From: an uncultured Candidatus Micrarchaeota archaeon
Lineage (GTDB): Archaea > Micrarchaeota > Micrarchaeia > Anstonellales > Bilamarchaeaceae
DNA: 64,000 bases
Assembly (NCBI GenBank): GCA_903828955.1
Contig: CAIKOA010000016.1
Location: forward strand, 10,350 to 74,349
Reading direction: 5' to 3'
Within the stretch, counting starts at the first letter, position 1; every line of letters begins with the position of its first letter. Under the pieces are notes generated by a model. That model searched no databases and was not told the DNA's origin. It saw nothing but the letters and a program-made list of their open reading frames with translations. This document shows, in pieces, positions 62,857 through 64,000 of the stretch. The translations under genes and the position numbers were made by a program.

Positions 62857-64000
62857 CCACCTCCTTTGAAGAAATTCAAATCCAGCAGCCCGTGCCCGCT
62901 CAAATTGAAAACAATCGTTTTAGCCTCATTCTTCCGCTTGCATTCAAGCGCGTGCACAACCGCCGACCTTATTGCGTGTGAAGATTCAGGAGCCGGGATT
63001 ATTCCCTCCGTTCTCGCAAAAAGCCGAGCCGCCTCCAGCACCTCCTTCTCCGGATACGCCTCCGCCTTCACAACCCCCTTGTGCGCAAGCAGGGAAATCG
63101 TGGGCGCCATCCCATGGTAACGCAGCCCGCCAGCATGCAATGGGGGCGGAATGAACTCGCACCCCAGGGTATACATCTTCATTAAAGGCGTCATTCCCGC
63201 CGTATCTCCGAAATCGTACCTGTATTCCCCCTTAGTAAGCGAAGGGCACGCGGAAGGCTCGACCGCAACAAGTTCGTAATCCGCCTTCCCGTCCAATTTC
63301 TCCTTCACAAACGGGAATATGAGCCCCCCTAAGTTGCTCCCTCCCCCCACGCACCCAATCAGCACATCCGGCTTCTCCTCAATTTTTGCAAGCTGCATTT
63401 TCGCCTCCTGCCCGATTATTGTCTGGTGCAGGAGCACATGGTTGAGCACGCTCCCGAGCGAATACTTGGTGCGCGGATTGCTCACCGCAACTTCAATAGC
63501 CTCGCTAATAGCAATGCCTAAACTCCCCGGAGTATCCGGGCTCTTCGCAAGCACCGCCCTCCCATATGCGGTTTTCATGCTCGGAGAGGAATTAATTTCC
63601 GCCCCATAGGATTCAATCATTATCTTCCTCCCCGGCTTCTGCTCAAAGCTGTTCCTCACCATGAACACCTTGCATTTCAGCCCGAACATCATGCACGCAT
63701 ACGCAAGCGCGGTTCCCCATTGCCCCGCCCCGGTTTCCGTCGCAAGGGTTTCCACGCCTTCCTTCGCATTATAGTATGCCTGCGCGACCGCGGTATTTGG
63801 CTTGTGTGAGCCGCAGGGGTTCAGCCCCTCATGCTTGAAGTAAATCCTTGCCGGAGTTTTCAGGTGCTTCTCGAGCCCAACCGCCCTGAAAAGAGGAGTG
63901 GGCCTCCCCATCCTAATAAGTGTGTCCCGCACCTCTTCCGGAATGGGGATTCTCTTCTCGAGCGAAACCTCCTGCCTAATTACCTCCTTGGGGAAAATCG
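62853..64000 (-). CDS. trpB2: Tryptophan synthase beta-like PLP enzyme, TrpB2 type (5-prime end beyond the window)
   Basis: [24 protein letters not shown] and GCVGGGSN. The reading frame stays open to position 64000 (…[21 protein letters not shown]), so the track Met at 63932 is a GTG inside the gene. Confidence 0.85.
   Translation of the reverse strand, partial: IFPKEVIRQEVSLEKRIPIPEEVRDTLIRMGRPTPLFRAVGLEKHLKTPARIYFKHEGLNPCGSHKPNTAVAQAYYNAKEGVETLATETGAGQWGTALAYACMMFGLKCKVFMVRNSFEQKPGRKIMIESYGAEINSSPSMKTAYGRAVLAKSPDTPGSLGIAISEAIEVAVSNPRTKYSLGSVLNHVLLHQTIIGQEAKMQLAKIEEKPDVLIGCVGGGSNLGGLIFPFVKEKLDGKADYELVAVEPSACPSLTKGEYRYDFGDTAGMTPLMKMYTLGCEFIPPPLHAGGLRYHGMAPTISLLAHKGVVKAEAYPEKEVLEAARLFARTEGIIPAPESSHAIRSAVVHALECKRKNEAKTIVFNLSGHGLLDLNFFKGGG

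Noticed and set aside
1-64000. Searches by eye for CRISPR arrays, rRNA genes, integrases/transposases, reverse transcriptases (DGR/retron), toxin-antitoxin pairs and known defence-system signatures
   Set aside because: I saw no regularly spaced direct repeats, no rRNA-like conserved strings, and no recombinase, RT or nuclease-NTPase pairs. The only mobile-element-like feature is the inverted-repeat element at 35605..35749, which is reported separately.

Overview
This window reads as a densely coding archaeal chromosomal segment of about 70 genes. The lineage call rests on archaeal markers: RadA, PriS/PriL primase, aCPSF1, proteasome beta subunit, Pus10, deoxyhypusine synthase, DRG GTPase, SRP54, pyruvoyl arginine decarboxylase, the HMG-CoA synthase/thiolase/DUF35 trio, geranylgeranyl reductase and an archaeal-type RNase P RNA. 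Spacers are short. There are many ATGA/GTGA start-stop overlaps, AGGAGG-type Shine-Dalgarno sites inside operons, and TATA boxes about 25-30 nt ahead of first-gene ATGs, which suggests leaderless transcripts. I infer an uncultivated euryarchaeal or DPANN-like lineage, but cannot prove it from the sequence. I found no rRNA, CRISPR array, integrase or transposase. Two RNA genes are missed or overprinted by the ORF track: a compact RNase P RNA (957..1215, minus) and a tRNA-Arg(CCU) with a 39-nt intron in the T-loop (40701..40814, minus). The items most worth follow-up are: (1) two tandem 63-nt nested-hairpin units with compensatory base changes upstream of priL; (2) a 145-nt GC-rich element with 13-bp terminal inverted repeats at 35605..35749; (3) a ParB/Srx-like gene co-operonic with a class V aminotransferase and a 2-hydroxyacid dehydrogenase, a possible SerK-type serine/phosphoserine module; (4) a shared Cys-containing C-terminal anchor signal on three secreted proteins; (5) a tandemly duplicated unknown gene pair whose promoter is conserved better than its coding sequence; (6) a 790-aa orphan FlaI/VirB11-like ATPase; (7) a RelA/SpoT-type HD hydrolase fused to an unknown domain. 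All family assignments come from motif recognition by eye. No database search was run.
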